Sequence record: DRR723986_643 | Strand: one strand, 5' to 3' | DNA length: 64,000 nucleotides | Shown: positions 56,242 to 64,000 of the stretch, one piece after another | Position numbering within the stretch: position 1 is the first letter of the stretch | Layout of the letters: each line of letters starts with the position of its first letter | Notes under the pieces: model-generated | The model's input: only the letters and a program-made list of their open reading frames with translations | Told to the model about the DNA's origin: nothing | Databases searched by the model: none | Made by a program: the position numbers and the translations under genes

Positions 56242-57462
56242 TTAATTGCCCTGGATTTCCGGCGGCGGCGTCGCCCGCGCTCTTGCCGGGGCCCAGAAGG
56301 GCTGGTCCCTGACCGTGCAAAGCGCCACCTTGCGATAGTAGCGAAGTTCCTTCCGGTAGTAGATCTCGGCCCAGATAGCACCAGACAGGGCGGCGGTTTC
56401 GACCATCGCCAGCGCGATATTGGCTTTCACCGCCGGTGACCACATGGCGGATGTGATGTAGCCGATCTCCTTGCTGCAGGACTTGCTGCTATAAAGAATC
56501 GCGTCATCTGCCGGCTTGTTGCCCTCGATGTCCAGCTTCACCAGGGTAAATCGCGGCCCCCGCTCACGTTCCTCGAGCAATGCCCTGCGGCCGTTGAAGT
56601 GGGGCTTGCTGAAATCCACCAGCCAGCCCAGGTTCAACTCGTAGGGCGTCTGGTCATGCTGGAAGTGGATTGTTTTCAGCGCCTCCGAGAATTCCATATC
56701 GGGCATGATGAACCCCGCTTCCATGCGCGCCATATTGGTCGCCGCCTCGCCGTAGGGGTGAATGCCGTGGTGCTCACCCGCTGCATACAGGGCGTCCCAC
56801 AAGGCCAGTGCCTGCGCGGGCTCAATCCACAGTTCGTAACCCAGATCGCCGGTGAAACCGGTGCGGGACACCATCAGCTGCTCTCCATTGAACGGGAAAT
56901 GCATAACGCCAAAGGGTTTCAGGTTCTCGATACCCTCCAGGCCCATGGCCTTGAGGGTGGCGCAGGAGGTCGGGCCCTGCAGCGACAGGGCGGCAATCCG
57001 GTCGCTCATATCGACCACAGTGAGATCGTCAAAGCCGCAAGCGCTCTTGCGCAGCCAGGCCAGGCAGGGGCTGCCACAGGTGAGCATGAACCGGTCCTCG
57101 CCGAGGCGGAAAATCGTCCCGTCGTCGACCATACGACCCTCATCGGTACACCAGCACACGTAGGTCACCCGGTCGATCGCCAGTTTGCCCAGGTCGCGGG
57201 TGACCATGCGATCAAGCATCGCCAGGGCGTCGGGGCCACTCACATAGTATTTCTGCATGGGGCAGATATCGTAGGTCCCGCAGGTATTACGAATGCAGAA
57301 GTACTCGTAGCCGGCGTCGTAGTAGTAGTCGGCGAACTTGTAGCCGTTCCAGGACGACCAGGCATCACGCAGGTTCAGCGGCGCCTGTCGCGGGTGAAAA
57401 TGCGACAGCCGCAAACGCTCACCGGCAAAGGGATCATCCTGCCGTGCGCCATCACTCGTCAT
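56242..57462 (-). CDS. GcvT-like THF-dependent aminomethyltransferase/demethylase
   Basis: DICPMQKY, GRMVDDGTI, LQGP, SRTGFTGDLGYELW, ARMEAG, GYITS; ATG 57462 is 9 nt after GGAGG and overlaps the upstream stop. Confidence 0.88.
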   Translation of the reverse strand: MTSDGARQDDPFAGERLRLSHFHPRQAPLNLRDAWSSWNGYKFADYYYDAGYEYFCIRNTCGTYDICPMQKYYVSGPDALAMLDRMVTRDLGKLAIDRVTYVCWCTDEGRMVDDGTIFRLGEDRFMLTCGSPCLAWLRKSACGFDDLTVVDMSDRIAALSLQGPTSCATLKAMGLEGIENLKPFGVMHFPFNGEQLMVSRTGFTGDLGYELWIEPAQALALWDALYAAGEHHGIHPYGEAATNMARMEAGFIMPDMEFSEALKTIHFQHDQTPYELNLGWLVDFSKPHFNGRRALLEERERGPRFTLVKLDIEGNKPADDAILYSSKSCSKEIGYITSAMWSPAVKANIALAMVETAALSGAIWAEIYYRKELRYYRKVALCTVRDQPFWAPARARATPPPEIQGN

Positions 57463-59071
57463 AGCAATCATCCTCCGGCACGGTGTTGGGCCGCTTCAGG
57501 TCGAGCAGGATTTCCCGGGCCGCATTCGCACCGCAGGCAGAGGAAACGCCACCGCCGGGGTGGGTCGACGAACCGCACATATACAGGTTCTTGACCGGCA
57601 TACGGTACTGCCCGTAACCCGGGAAGGGGCGGTTGAACAGCAACTGGTCGATGGTCAGTTCGCCCTGGAAGATGTTGCCTTCGGTGAGCCCGATCTCGTT
57701 TTCAATCTCGTGCGGCGTGCGCACCTCCATGTGGACGATAAGGTCCTTGAAGCCAGGGCTGTGACGCTCGATCTTGTCGATCACTGTCTGCCCGAACTGG
57801 TCCCGCTTCTCCGGCGTCCACGGACCATCCGCCAGCTCCGGCGGACAGTACTGGATAAAGTTGGACATCCAGTGCTTGCCGACCGGCGCCACCGTGGGAT
57901 CCCAGGCCGAGGGAATGATCGACTCGATGAACGGATCCTCCGACCAGCGCCCGCGTTTCCAGCAGTCGTAGGCACGCTCCATGGTCTCCAGGGAGCCGAC
58001 GAAGGTCTGTCCGCCACGGTTGATATAGCGGTTGTCCGGCAGACTGCTGAATGTCGGCAGGCCCGAGAGCGCAATATTGACCTTGCCGGAAGAGCCGCGG
58101 ATCTTGAAATTGCTGGCCCGCTCATAAATGCCGGGGGGCACATCCGCCTTGTCCATGACCCGGGTGAAGGTGCGCCGCGCGTCGAGGTTGGATACCACGA
58201 TCCGGGCCTGGATCTCATCGCCGTTCTCCAACGCCACCCCGACCGCCTGGCCGTTCCTCACCAGAATCTGCCGCACTCCCGACCCGGTACGTAGCTCGCC
58301 GCCCGCGGCCTGCAGAGCGCCGGCGAGCGCCTTGGAGATCGCGCCCATGCCACCCCGGGCCAGACCCCAGGCGCCGACATTGCCGTCGACATCGCCCATC
58401 ACGTGGTGCAACAGGATGTAGGCGGAGCCGGGCGAGTACACCCCCAGGGCGGTGCCGATAATGCCCGGACTGGCCATGGCCGCCTTGATCAGGTCGTTCT
58501 CGAAATAATCATCGAGGAAGTCGGCGGCGCTCATGGTGAAAAAGCGCACGTACTCGTAGAGTTCGCGTTCGCCCAGGGACCAGAACTCACGGGCGAGAAA
58601 CAGCAGTTCACGAATATCCCGCGGCCTGAAAGAGCTGGGGTCCGGCGGGGTACGCAACAGGGTCTTGCGAATCAGCTGCGCGTAACGACCGAGGTCGGCC
58701 TGAAAGCGGGCCATGGCATCCGCGTCATGCGGCGAGTGGCGCTTCAGTTCGAGGTAGCTGGCGGCCTCGGTCGGATAGTCGATCAGGGTCTTGCCATCGT
58801 GGCCGAAGGCCACTGTTCCAAGATAGGGGACCAGCAACAGACCATGCCTGGCCAGGTCGAGATCGCGGTGAATGGCCTGGCGCATCATGCTGCACACGTA
58901 GGAGCAGCTGGAATAAAACCAGCCTTCCTGCAGCTCGCGGGTCACCGCCGCACCACCGATATAGTCGTTCTTCTCCACCACCAGGACGTCGAGACCCGCC
59001 CTGGCCAGGTAGGCAGCATTGGTCAGGCCATTGTGGCCTGCACCGACGACAATGGCGTCATAGCGCTTCAC
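57452..59071 (-). CDS. PYROXD2/phytoene-dehydrogenase-like FAD oxidoreductase (paralog 3)
   Basis: GTG 59071 in a GTGA overlap; GAGHNGL, GGMG, GNIFQGEL, LYMCGSSTHPGGGV. Confidence 0.88.
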   Translation of the reverse strand: MKRYDAIVVGAGHNGLTNAAYLARAGLDVLVVEKNDYIGGAAVTRELQEGWFYSSCSYVCSMMRQAIHRDLDLARHGLLLVPYLGTVAFGHDGKTLIDYPTEAASYLELKRHSPHDADAMARFQADLGRYAQLIRKTLLRTPPDPSSFRPRDIRELLFLAREFWSLGERELYEYVRFFTMSAADFLDDYFENDLIKAAMASPGIIGTALGVYSPGSAYILLHHVMGDVDGNVGAWGLARGGMGAISKALAGALQAAGGELRTGSGVRQILVRNGQAVGVALENGDEIQARIVVSNLDARRTFTRVMDKADVPPGIYERASNFKIRGSSGKVNIALSGLPTFSSLPDNRYINRGGQTFVGSLETMERAYDCWKRGRWSEDPFIESIIPSAWDPTVAPVGKHWMSNFIQYCPPELADGPWTPEKRDQFGQTVIDKIERHSPGFKDLIVHMEVRTPHEIENEIGLTEGNIFQGELTIDQLLFNRPFPGYGQYRMPVKNLYMCGSSTHPGGGVSSACGANAAREILLDLKRPNTVPEDDCYDE

Positions 59072-60609
59072 TTGAGGATCTCCCGCGCGGCATTGTGCCC
59101 GGGGCCTCCCATCAGGCCACCACCGGGGTGGCAACCCGCGCCACAAAGATACAGACCAGGAATCGGCGTGCTGTACTGCGCCGCTTCGTAGGTGGGGCGC
59201 ATCATCAGCAGCTGGTCGACGGCAAACTCCGTGTGATGCCAGTGACCACCGGTCACATGGTGCGTCGCCTCCAGGTCAGCGGGCGTCAGCAGCTCGGCCT
59301 GCAGCACCAGGTCGCCCAGGCCAGGCGAATACTCTTCCAGGGTGGCCATGACCCGCTCGGTCAGCCGGGCGCGGGCCTCCTCGGTCCAGCCGCCCTTCAA
59401 CCGGGCCGGTACATACATGATGTGGGCAGACAGCACATGCTGTCCCGGTGGCGCCAGTGACGGGTCGTGCAGGCTGGGAATCAGCAGCTCCAGCACCGGG
59501 TTCTCGGAGCACTGCCCGTACTTGGCGTCGTCAAAGGCAAACTCTATGGCATCGGGCTCGGGTGCAATGATCATCCGGCCGTCGGCTCGCTCCAGTCCGG
59601 GAAAGCGGGGCAGGTCCCGCAGGGCCAGGTGCAGCTTGGCCACATAACCTTCGCAGCGCAGGCGCTGGATGCGGTTGGTAAATTCGATTTCCAGGTGACG
59701 CGCGCCTACCAGTTGCAGGAAGGTCCGCTGCGGGTCGGCGGAAGACACCACCCGCTGCGCCTGAATCCGCTCGCCGTCAGCCAGCTCAACCCCGGTCGCC
59801 CGCAAACCCTGCTCGTCGCCAGCAACAAGGATTCGCGACACGGGGGTAGAAAAACGCAGCTCCGCACCGGCCGCGGTCGCCGCGGCCTGCAGGGCACCGA
59901 CCAGGCCCTCGATGCCGCCGGCGGGCACGCTGTGCAGGCCGCGATGTTCTCCCAGCATCCGGTACAACAGCGCGAACACCGGGCTGTTGGGCGAGCGCGG
60001 CGCCAGCTTCGACCCGATGAGCCCGTCCCAGCTGAGCGCAGCCTGCAGACGCTTGTTATCGAAGTTTTCATCCATGAGGTCGCGCATCGGCAAGGTGGCT
60101 ACCCGCAGGAATTCAAGCATGTCCGCCTTGCCCAGCATCCGCAGCCTCAGACCCAGCTTGCCGAAAGTAAGCAGTTCGCCGGCGCTGTTATTGCCAATGC
60201 GCGGCATGGTCCTGGTCCAGAAGGGCTGCAGGGCGCGAGCAAACTTTTTCAGCGACTCGCGATAGCGCGGGTATGTAGCTGCGTCCTCATCGCCAACCCC
60301 GGTAACCCGGGAGTCCTCAATCACGATGTGCTCACCGGCGGGGTCGAGGGCCACAGTGGCCAGCGCCGGCCCTGGCTGGTAACCGTGGGCGGCCAGCTTC
60401 AATTCAGCTGCGACCTGCGGTGAGAACTGGTTGACGCTGTGGGCGACCGACGCCCGAAAGCCGGGATGGAATTCCCGGGTCGACGCCAGGCCACCGGCCA
60501 TGGCTGCGGCCTCCAGCACCAGCACCCGCTGTCCCTGTCCGGCAAGGTAGGCGGCACAGATGAGCCCGTTGTGGCCGGCGCCGATAACAATCGTGTCGTA
60601 GCTGTTCAT
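59068..60609 (-). CDS. PYROXD2/phytoene-dehydrogenase-like FAD oxidoreductase (paralog 4, divergent)
   Basis: GAGHNGL, EFHPGF, FDDAKYG, GGHWHHTE, LYLCGAGCHPGGG; ATG 60609. Confidence 0.88.
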   Translation of the reverse strand: MNSYDTIVIGAGHNGLICAAYLAGQGQRVLVLEAAAMAGGLASTREFHPGFRASVAHSVNQFSPQVAAELKLAAHGYQPGPALATVALDPAGEHIVIEDSRVTGVGDEDAATYPRYRESLKKFARALQPFWTRTMPRIGNNSAGELLTFGKLGLRLRMLGKADMLEFLRVATLPMRDLMDENFDNKRLQAALSWDGLIGSKLAPRSPNSPVFALLYRMLGEHRGLHSVPAGGIEGLVGALQAAATAAGAELRFSTPVSRILVAGDEQGLRATGVELADGERIQAQRVVSSADPQRTFLQLVGARHLEIEFTNRIQRLRCEGYVAKLHLALRDLPRFPGLERADGRMIIAPEPDAIEFAFDDAKYGQCSENPVLELLIPSLHDPSLAPPGQHVLSAHIMYVPARLKGGWTEEARARLTERVMATLEEYSPGLGDLVLQAELLTPADLEATHHVTGGHWHHTEFAVDQLLMMRPTYEAAQYSTPIPGLYLCGAGCHPGGGLMGGPGHNAAREILK

Positions 60610-60702
60610 TGAGGGGCGCACCGGCCTGACCTTGATACCGCACAGGCTAACGGCGCCCGCCTCCGGGAACAAGCGCCGCCGAGGGACGGACTATTTTCCC
60701 GC

Positions 60703-62745
60703 TCAGGCAACGGCCGCCACGTCGACTGTACAGTCGTAGTAACAGGCGCCACCGGCGAGATCGGCCTTGTGTCCGGGGATCAGTGCGTTGATGGTCTGCC
60801 CGGTCGGGCTCTCGGCGATCCACGCTCCCTTGGGAACGAACAGGGTGCCGGTCCTGACCCGGTCAGATATCTGCAGTGGCAGATGCACTTCTCCCAGATC
60901 GTTGAACAAGCTCACCTGCACGCCCTGCTCCAGCCCGAGGGAGTCGGCGTCCGCAGGATGCATTTCACAGACCAGGTCCTTGTCGTGTCGCGCTACGCCA
61001 CCCAGGGTCGAGTTGATGCGCCGCTCGGAGGCGGGGCTGACCACGACAAAACGGCGTGCGGACCGGAGCTCGCGAAACCCCGGCAGACCCTGGCCGCACT
61101 CGGCCTCAAGCGCCGCGCTGTACAGCTCGATCCTGCCGCTGGGCGTGGCCGGCGGCAGGCCGCGAAGCAGCCCAGGCGGCGAAACTGCCGACATATCCAG
61201 TGCGCTGTCCGTCGGCAGCTCACTGGGACGCAGGCCACCGAGAGCCGGTGCATCCGGCTCAATGGCCTGGTCCATCAGCGCTGCATCGGAGTCACGAAAG
61301 CAGGCTTCCTCAAAACCAAACCGAGCCGCCAGCCTGCGGAACAGTTCGGTATTGGGCAAGGCCTCACCTACCGGCGCCAGCACGGGGGCGGATCGCTGCA
61401 GGTAATGATGGCCGTAGGCTTTGTACAGATCACCGTATTCCAGGTGACTTGCCGCCGGCAGGATGACGTCGGCACAGGCCATGGAATCCGTCATGCTGAG
61501 ATCCGATCCGACCACGAACAGCGACTCATCCAACAGCGCGGCGCGCATCCCGCGCTGGCGTGGGTGTACCGCAACCGGGTTGTGGTTATAGATGAAGACG
61601 GCTTTCACCGGGATCGCGTCACCCGGGTCCCCGATATGGTCCGGCAGATCGAGGACATTGAACTCGCGCAGTCCCGGCGGAGCCAGGTCAGGGCGACTGA
61701 GGGCTTCCGAGGCCACCGGGAAATACCCGGAGACATCGCAGACCCCGGCGCCGGGCTCGCCAAAATTCCCGGTGAGCGCCGGCAGCGCGAACAAGGCGCG
61801 CAGGCCAGAGCCACCATTGCGATTGCGTTCCGGTGCGACACCCACGGAAATCGCCGCGGGGCTGAGTTCCCGCCAGTAGCGCGCGAACTGGTAGATATCC
61901 TCCACCGCCAGCCCACAGAGTGCGGCCGCTCGCTCCGGCGGGTACTGCGCTGCCCGGTCGAGGAATTCGCGCGCGCCCAGCACATGCTCTGCGATGAAGC
62001 TGTCGTCCAACCCGCCCTCCTGCTCCAGCAGGGCCGCCACCGAATACGCCAGCACCACGTCGGTGCCCGGCATGACCGGCAGGTGCAGGTCAGCAGTTTC
62101 GGCAATGCGGGTGCGCTTGGGGTCGACCACCACCAGGCGGGCACCCCGCTTGCGGGCATCGCGCAGCAGGGTAGTCAGGTGCAGGTTGCAGGCGGTGATA
62201 TTGTTACCCCAGACCACAATCAATCGCGAATGCGCGAGCTCGGCATAAGAGATGCCACCAACCTCACCGAACACGCTGTCCCAGGCCGCGCTCGATGCCC
62301 CGGTGCACAGGGGCGTGGAGTCCACCTTGCTGGCACCGAGACGGTTGAAGAAGCGCTGGTCCATGGACCCGCCCGCCAGCAGCCCCATCGGACCGCCATA
62401 GGTCAGAGGCGCGATCGCCTCGCTGCCATATTCCCCAATGATCTGCTGAAAGCGCTCGTACACAGTATCCAGGGCCTGCTCCCAGGATACCGGGCGAAAA
62501 GCCATCGCGCCCTTGGGCCCGTCGCGCAGCAACGGGGTCAGCAGTCGCTGGGGGCCGTGGACCAGTTCCGGCAGGCCCTCGGCCACCTTGGCGCAGATCT
62601 TGCCGCGGGTGAAGGGGTTCGCATGACTGCCGCGGACGCGGTCTACCTTGCCATCGACGACATCGATCGACAGGCTGCAGGTGTCCGCACAATCGAGGGG
62701 ACACACGCTGGGCAGGCTGGTGGCGACGGGCTCGGCGGATGACAT
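60703..62745 (-). CDS. Cytoplasmic molybdopterin (bis-MGD) oxidoreductase with N-terminal [4Fe-4S] cluster
   Basis: CPLDCADTC...GKICAK, VWGNN, VDP, PGTD, ADVILPAA, INST, EMHPADA; no signal peptide. Confidence 0.88.
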   Translation of the reverse strand: MSSAEPVATSLPSVCPLDCADTCSLSIDVVDGKVDRVRGSHANPFTRGKICAKVAEGLPELVHGPQRLLTPLLRDGPKGAMAFRPVSWEQALDTVYERFQQIIGEYGSEAIAPLTYGGPMGLLAGGSMDQRFFNRLGASKVDSTPLCTGASSAAWDSVFGEVGGISYAELAHSRLIVVWGNNITACNLHLTTLLRDARKRGARLVVVDPKRTRIAETADLHLPVMPGTDVVLAYSVAALLEQEGGLDDSFIAEHVLGAREFLDRAAQYPPERAAALCGLAVEDIYQFARYWRELSPAAISVGVAPERNRNGGSGLRALFALPALTGNFGEPGAGVCDVSGYFPVASEALSRPDLAPPGLREFNVLDLPDHIGDPGDAIPVKAVFIYNHNPVAVHPRQRGMRAALLDESLFVVGSDLSMTDSMACADVILPAASHLEYGDLYKAYGHHYLQRSAPVLAPVGEALPNTELFRRLAARFGFEEACFRDSDAALMDQAIEPDAPALGGLRPSELPTDSALDMSAVSPPGLLRGLPPATPSGRIELYSAALEAECGQGLPGFRELRSARRFVVVSPASERRINSTLGGVARHDKDLVCEMHPADADSLGLEQGVQVSLFNDLGEVHLPLQISDRVRTGTLFVPKGAWIAESPTGQTINALIPGHKADLAGGACYYDCTVDVAAVA

Positions 62746-62794
62746 GGCACGGACTCCCTGTTGTCGAGCTTACTACTATAGCCCAGGACGGGGT

Positions 62795-63718
62795 TCAGCC
62801 GCTGGCGCGCATGTGCAGAAACTGCAGCGCCAACGACGCCCCGGCAAGCGCGGTGATATCCGCATGATCGTAAGCGGGGGACACCTCAACCACATCGAAG
62901 CCAACAATATTGAGGTGCGACAAGCCCTCGAGGATGCGCAGGGCCCGCGAGGTGGACAAACCGCCTACCACCGGCGTGCCGGTGCCGGGCGCAAAGGCCG
63001 GATCCAGGCAATCGATATCAAAGGTCAGGTAAGCCGGGCGTTCGCCGACCCGGCTGCAAATGGCCTCCACTATCGCTGCCACCGAGGATTCATTGGCCTG
63101 ATGGGCGTCGATAACCTGGAAGGCGTGGTTGGCACGGTCGTAGTCCGTGCGAATGCCAATCTGGATCGAGTGCGCCGGATCGATAAGCCCCTCCCTCGGC
63201 GCCCGGTGGAACATGCAGCCGTGGCTGTACTTTTCTTCCTCATCGTAGGTGTCGGTGTGCGCATCGAAGTGAATCAGCGCCAGCTCGCCATGAGTCTGTG
63301 CAGTGCCGCGCAGCAGCGGCAGGGTAACGAAGTGATCGCCCCCCAGCGCCACCAGGGTCTTGCCCGCCCCGGTGATCCGGGCTGCGTGGGCCTCAACCCG
63401 GGCGAGCATGTCCTCTGAATCGCCAAACAGGAACTGCACATCGCCATAGTCCGCCACCCGCAGCCTGTCGGCGAGGGCGAAATCCCAGGGCCAGCGCTTG
63501 TCTTCCCAACGCAGGTTAGCGCTGGCCTGGCGTATACCGGTGGGACCGCTGCGGGTGCCCGCGCGCCCGCTGGTGCCCAGGTCATAGGGTACGCCCATCA
63601 CGAAGGCGTCCAGCTCCGGATCATCGACATCGCGACTCAGGGGCAGGCCCATAAAACCAAAGACGTTGGCATACATCGAGTATTCGCTGCCCGGAAAATC
63701 GCTCTCGGAATCCCTCAC
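62795..63718 (-). CDS. speB: Agmatinase (ureohydrolase family)
   Basis: GVPYD, GPTGIRQAS, GGDHFVT, HFDAHTD, SHG, FDIDCLDPAFAPGTGTP, DVVEVSP. Confidence 0.88.
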   Translation of the reverse strand: MRDSESDFPGSEYSMYANVFGFMGLPLSRDVDDPELDAFVMGVPYDLGTSGRAGTRSGPTGIRQASANLRWEDKRWPWDFALADRLRVADYGDVQFLFGDSEDMLARVEAHAARITGAGKTLVALGGDHFVTLPLLRGTAQTHGELALIHFDAHTDTYDEEEKYSHGCMFHRAPREGLIDPAHSIQIGIRTDYDRANHAFQVIDAHQANESSVAAIVEAICSRVGERPAYLTFDIDCLDPAFAPGTGTPVVGGLSTSRALRILEGLSHLNIVGFDVVEVSPAYDHADITALAGASLALQFLHMRASG

Positions 63719-63754
63719 CTCTTACTCCCTGCTTATCAGTCACACCCTGCCCGG

Positions 63755-64000
63755 CTAAAGGCAGGCGTCGTATTCCAACGGCGTTACCTGGCGATCAAAT
63801 TCGTCCATTTCCTGCTGCTTGAGCAGCACGAAAACCCGCTGGAACTCTTCGCCAAAACGTTCCCGGATGAAGTCAGAGGATTCGAACCGGGCCAGGGCAT
63901 CCGGCCAGTACCGCGGCAGACTGGCGGGCACTTGCTCATAGGCATTGCCTTCAAGCGGTTCGGGGGCCTCCAGCTTGCGTTCTATCCCCTCGAGGATGCC
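63755..64000 (-). CDS. C-terminal part of a glutamine-synthetase-family gamma-glutamylpolyamine synthetase (PuuA/PauA-like); not in the ORF track, truncated by the window
   Basis: My translation: GILEGIERKLEAPEPLEGNAYEQVPASLPRYWPDALARFESSDFIRERFGEEFQRVFVLLKQQEMDEFDRQVTPLEYDACL-stop(TAG 63757-55); lies upstream of agmatinase. Confidence 0.8.
   Translation of the reverse strand, partial: GILEGIERKLEAPEPLEGNAYEQVPASLPRYWPDALARFESSDFIRERFGEEFQRVFVLLKQQEMDEFDRQVTPLEYDACL

Noticed and set aside
51265-60609. Carotenoid biosynthesis cluster (phytoene desaturases)
   Set aside because: No crtE/crtB/crtY; the proteins carry PYROXD2-type GAGHNGL/HPGGG motifs and sit among amine-catabolic genes
2915-60672. 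Longest-ORF starts in the track (2962, 4295, 5874, 12775, 14784, 20430, 22102, 33690, 42589, 46287, 57471, 59146, 60672)
   Set aside because: Downstream starts fit better with SD position, stop/start overlaps, signal peptides or domain boundaries, and were used instead
1-64000. Mobile elements, prophage, defence systems or DGR/retron components
   Set aside because: No transposase, integrase, reverse transcriptase, nuclease or phage-like ORF, and no long direct or terminal repeats, were recognisable by eye

Overview
GC-rich gammaproteobacterial chromosomal window. The gene content suggests a marine Halieaceae/OM60-NOR5-like organism (inference). I saw no transposase, integrase, phage gene or CRISPR array. 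Left to right: (1) the 5' end of a tRNA with a stringent-type sigma70 promoter. (2) A minus-strand run of genes with many overlapping or abutting junctions: GT-C glycosyltransferase, GtrA, GtrB, second GT-C protein, amidohydrolase, PP2C phosphatase, RsbW-like kinase, STAS protein, ECF sigma, membrane anti-sigma and PrsW protease. (3) Transporter and enzyme singletons, plus an unannotated ~210-nt multi-hairpin sRNA candidate (14984-15195) with its own promoter, LysR-type box and terminator. (4) An actinobacterial-style HAD-PlsC/PlsB/GpsA glycerolipid operon whose first protein has a histone-H1-like tail. (5) PbpG, an outer-membrane barrel, a Tat aldo-keto reductase next to an NTT-like carrier, a KshA-like Rieske oxygenase, an Ntn acylase, an M48 peptidase and DUF885. 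(6) A carotenoid-oxygenase/CoA-ligase/double-thiolase cluster. (7) A ~24-kb amine/polyamine catabolic region: gcdH module, LuxR regulator, TPR-sulfotransferase, a TonB receptor with a Tyr/Asp/Cys-rich insert, spermidine dehydrogenase, cupin, four PYROXD2-like flavoproteins, a GcvT-like THF enzyme, an SSS symporter with an apparent ATC start, a Mo-oxidoreductase, agmatinase and a glutamyl-polyamine synthetase cut by the window end. The best candidates for new biology are the putative N-methyl-amine/polyamine scavenging system, the sulfotransferase/Tyr-rich TonB loop pair, the PrsW-ECF-partner-switch module and the sRNA. All functional calls come from motifs read by eye; no database searches were run.
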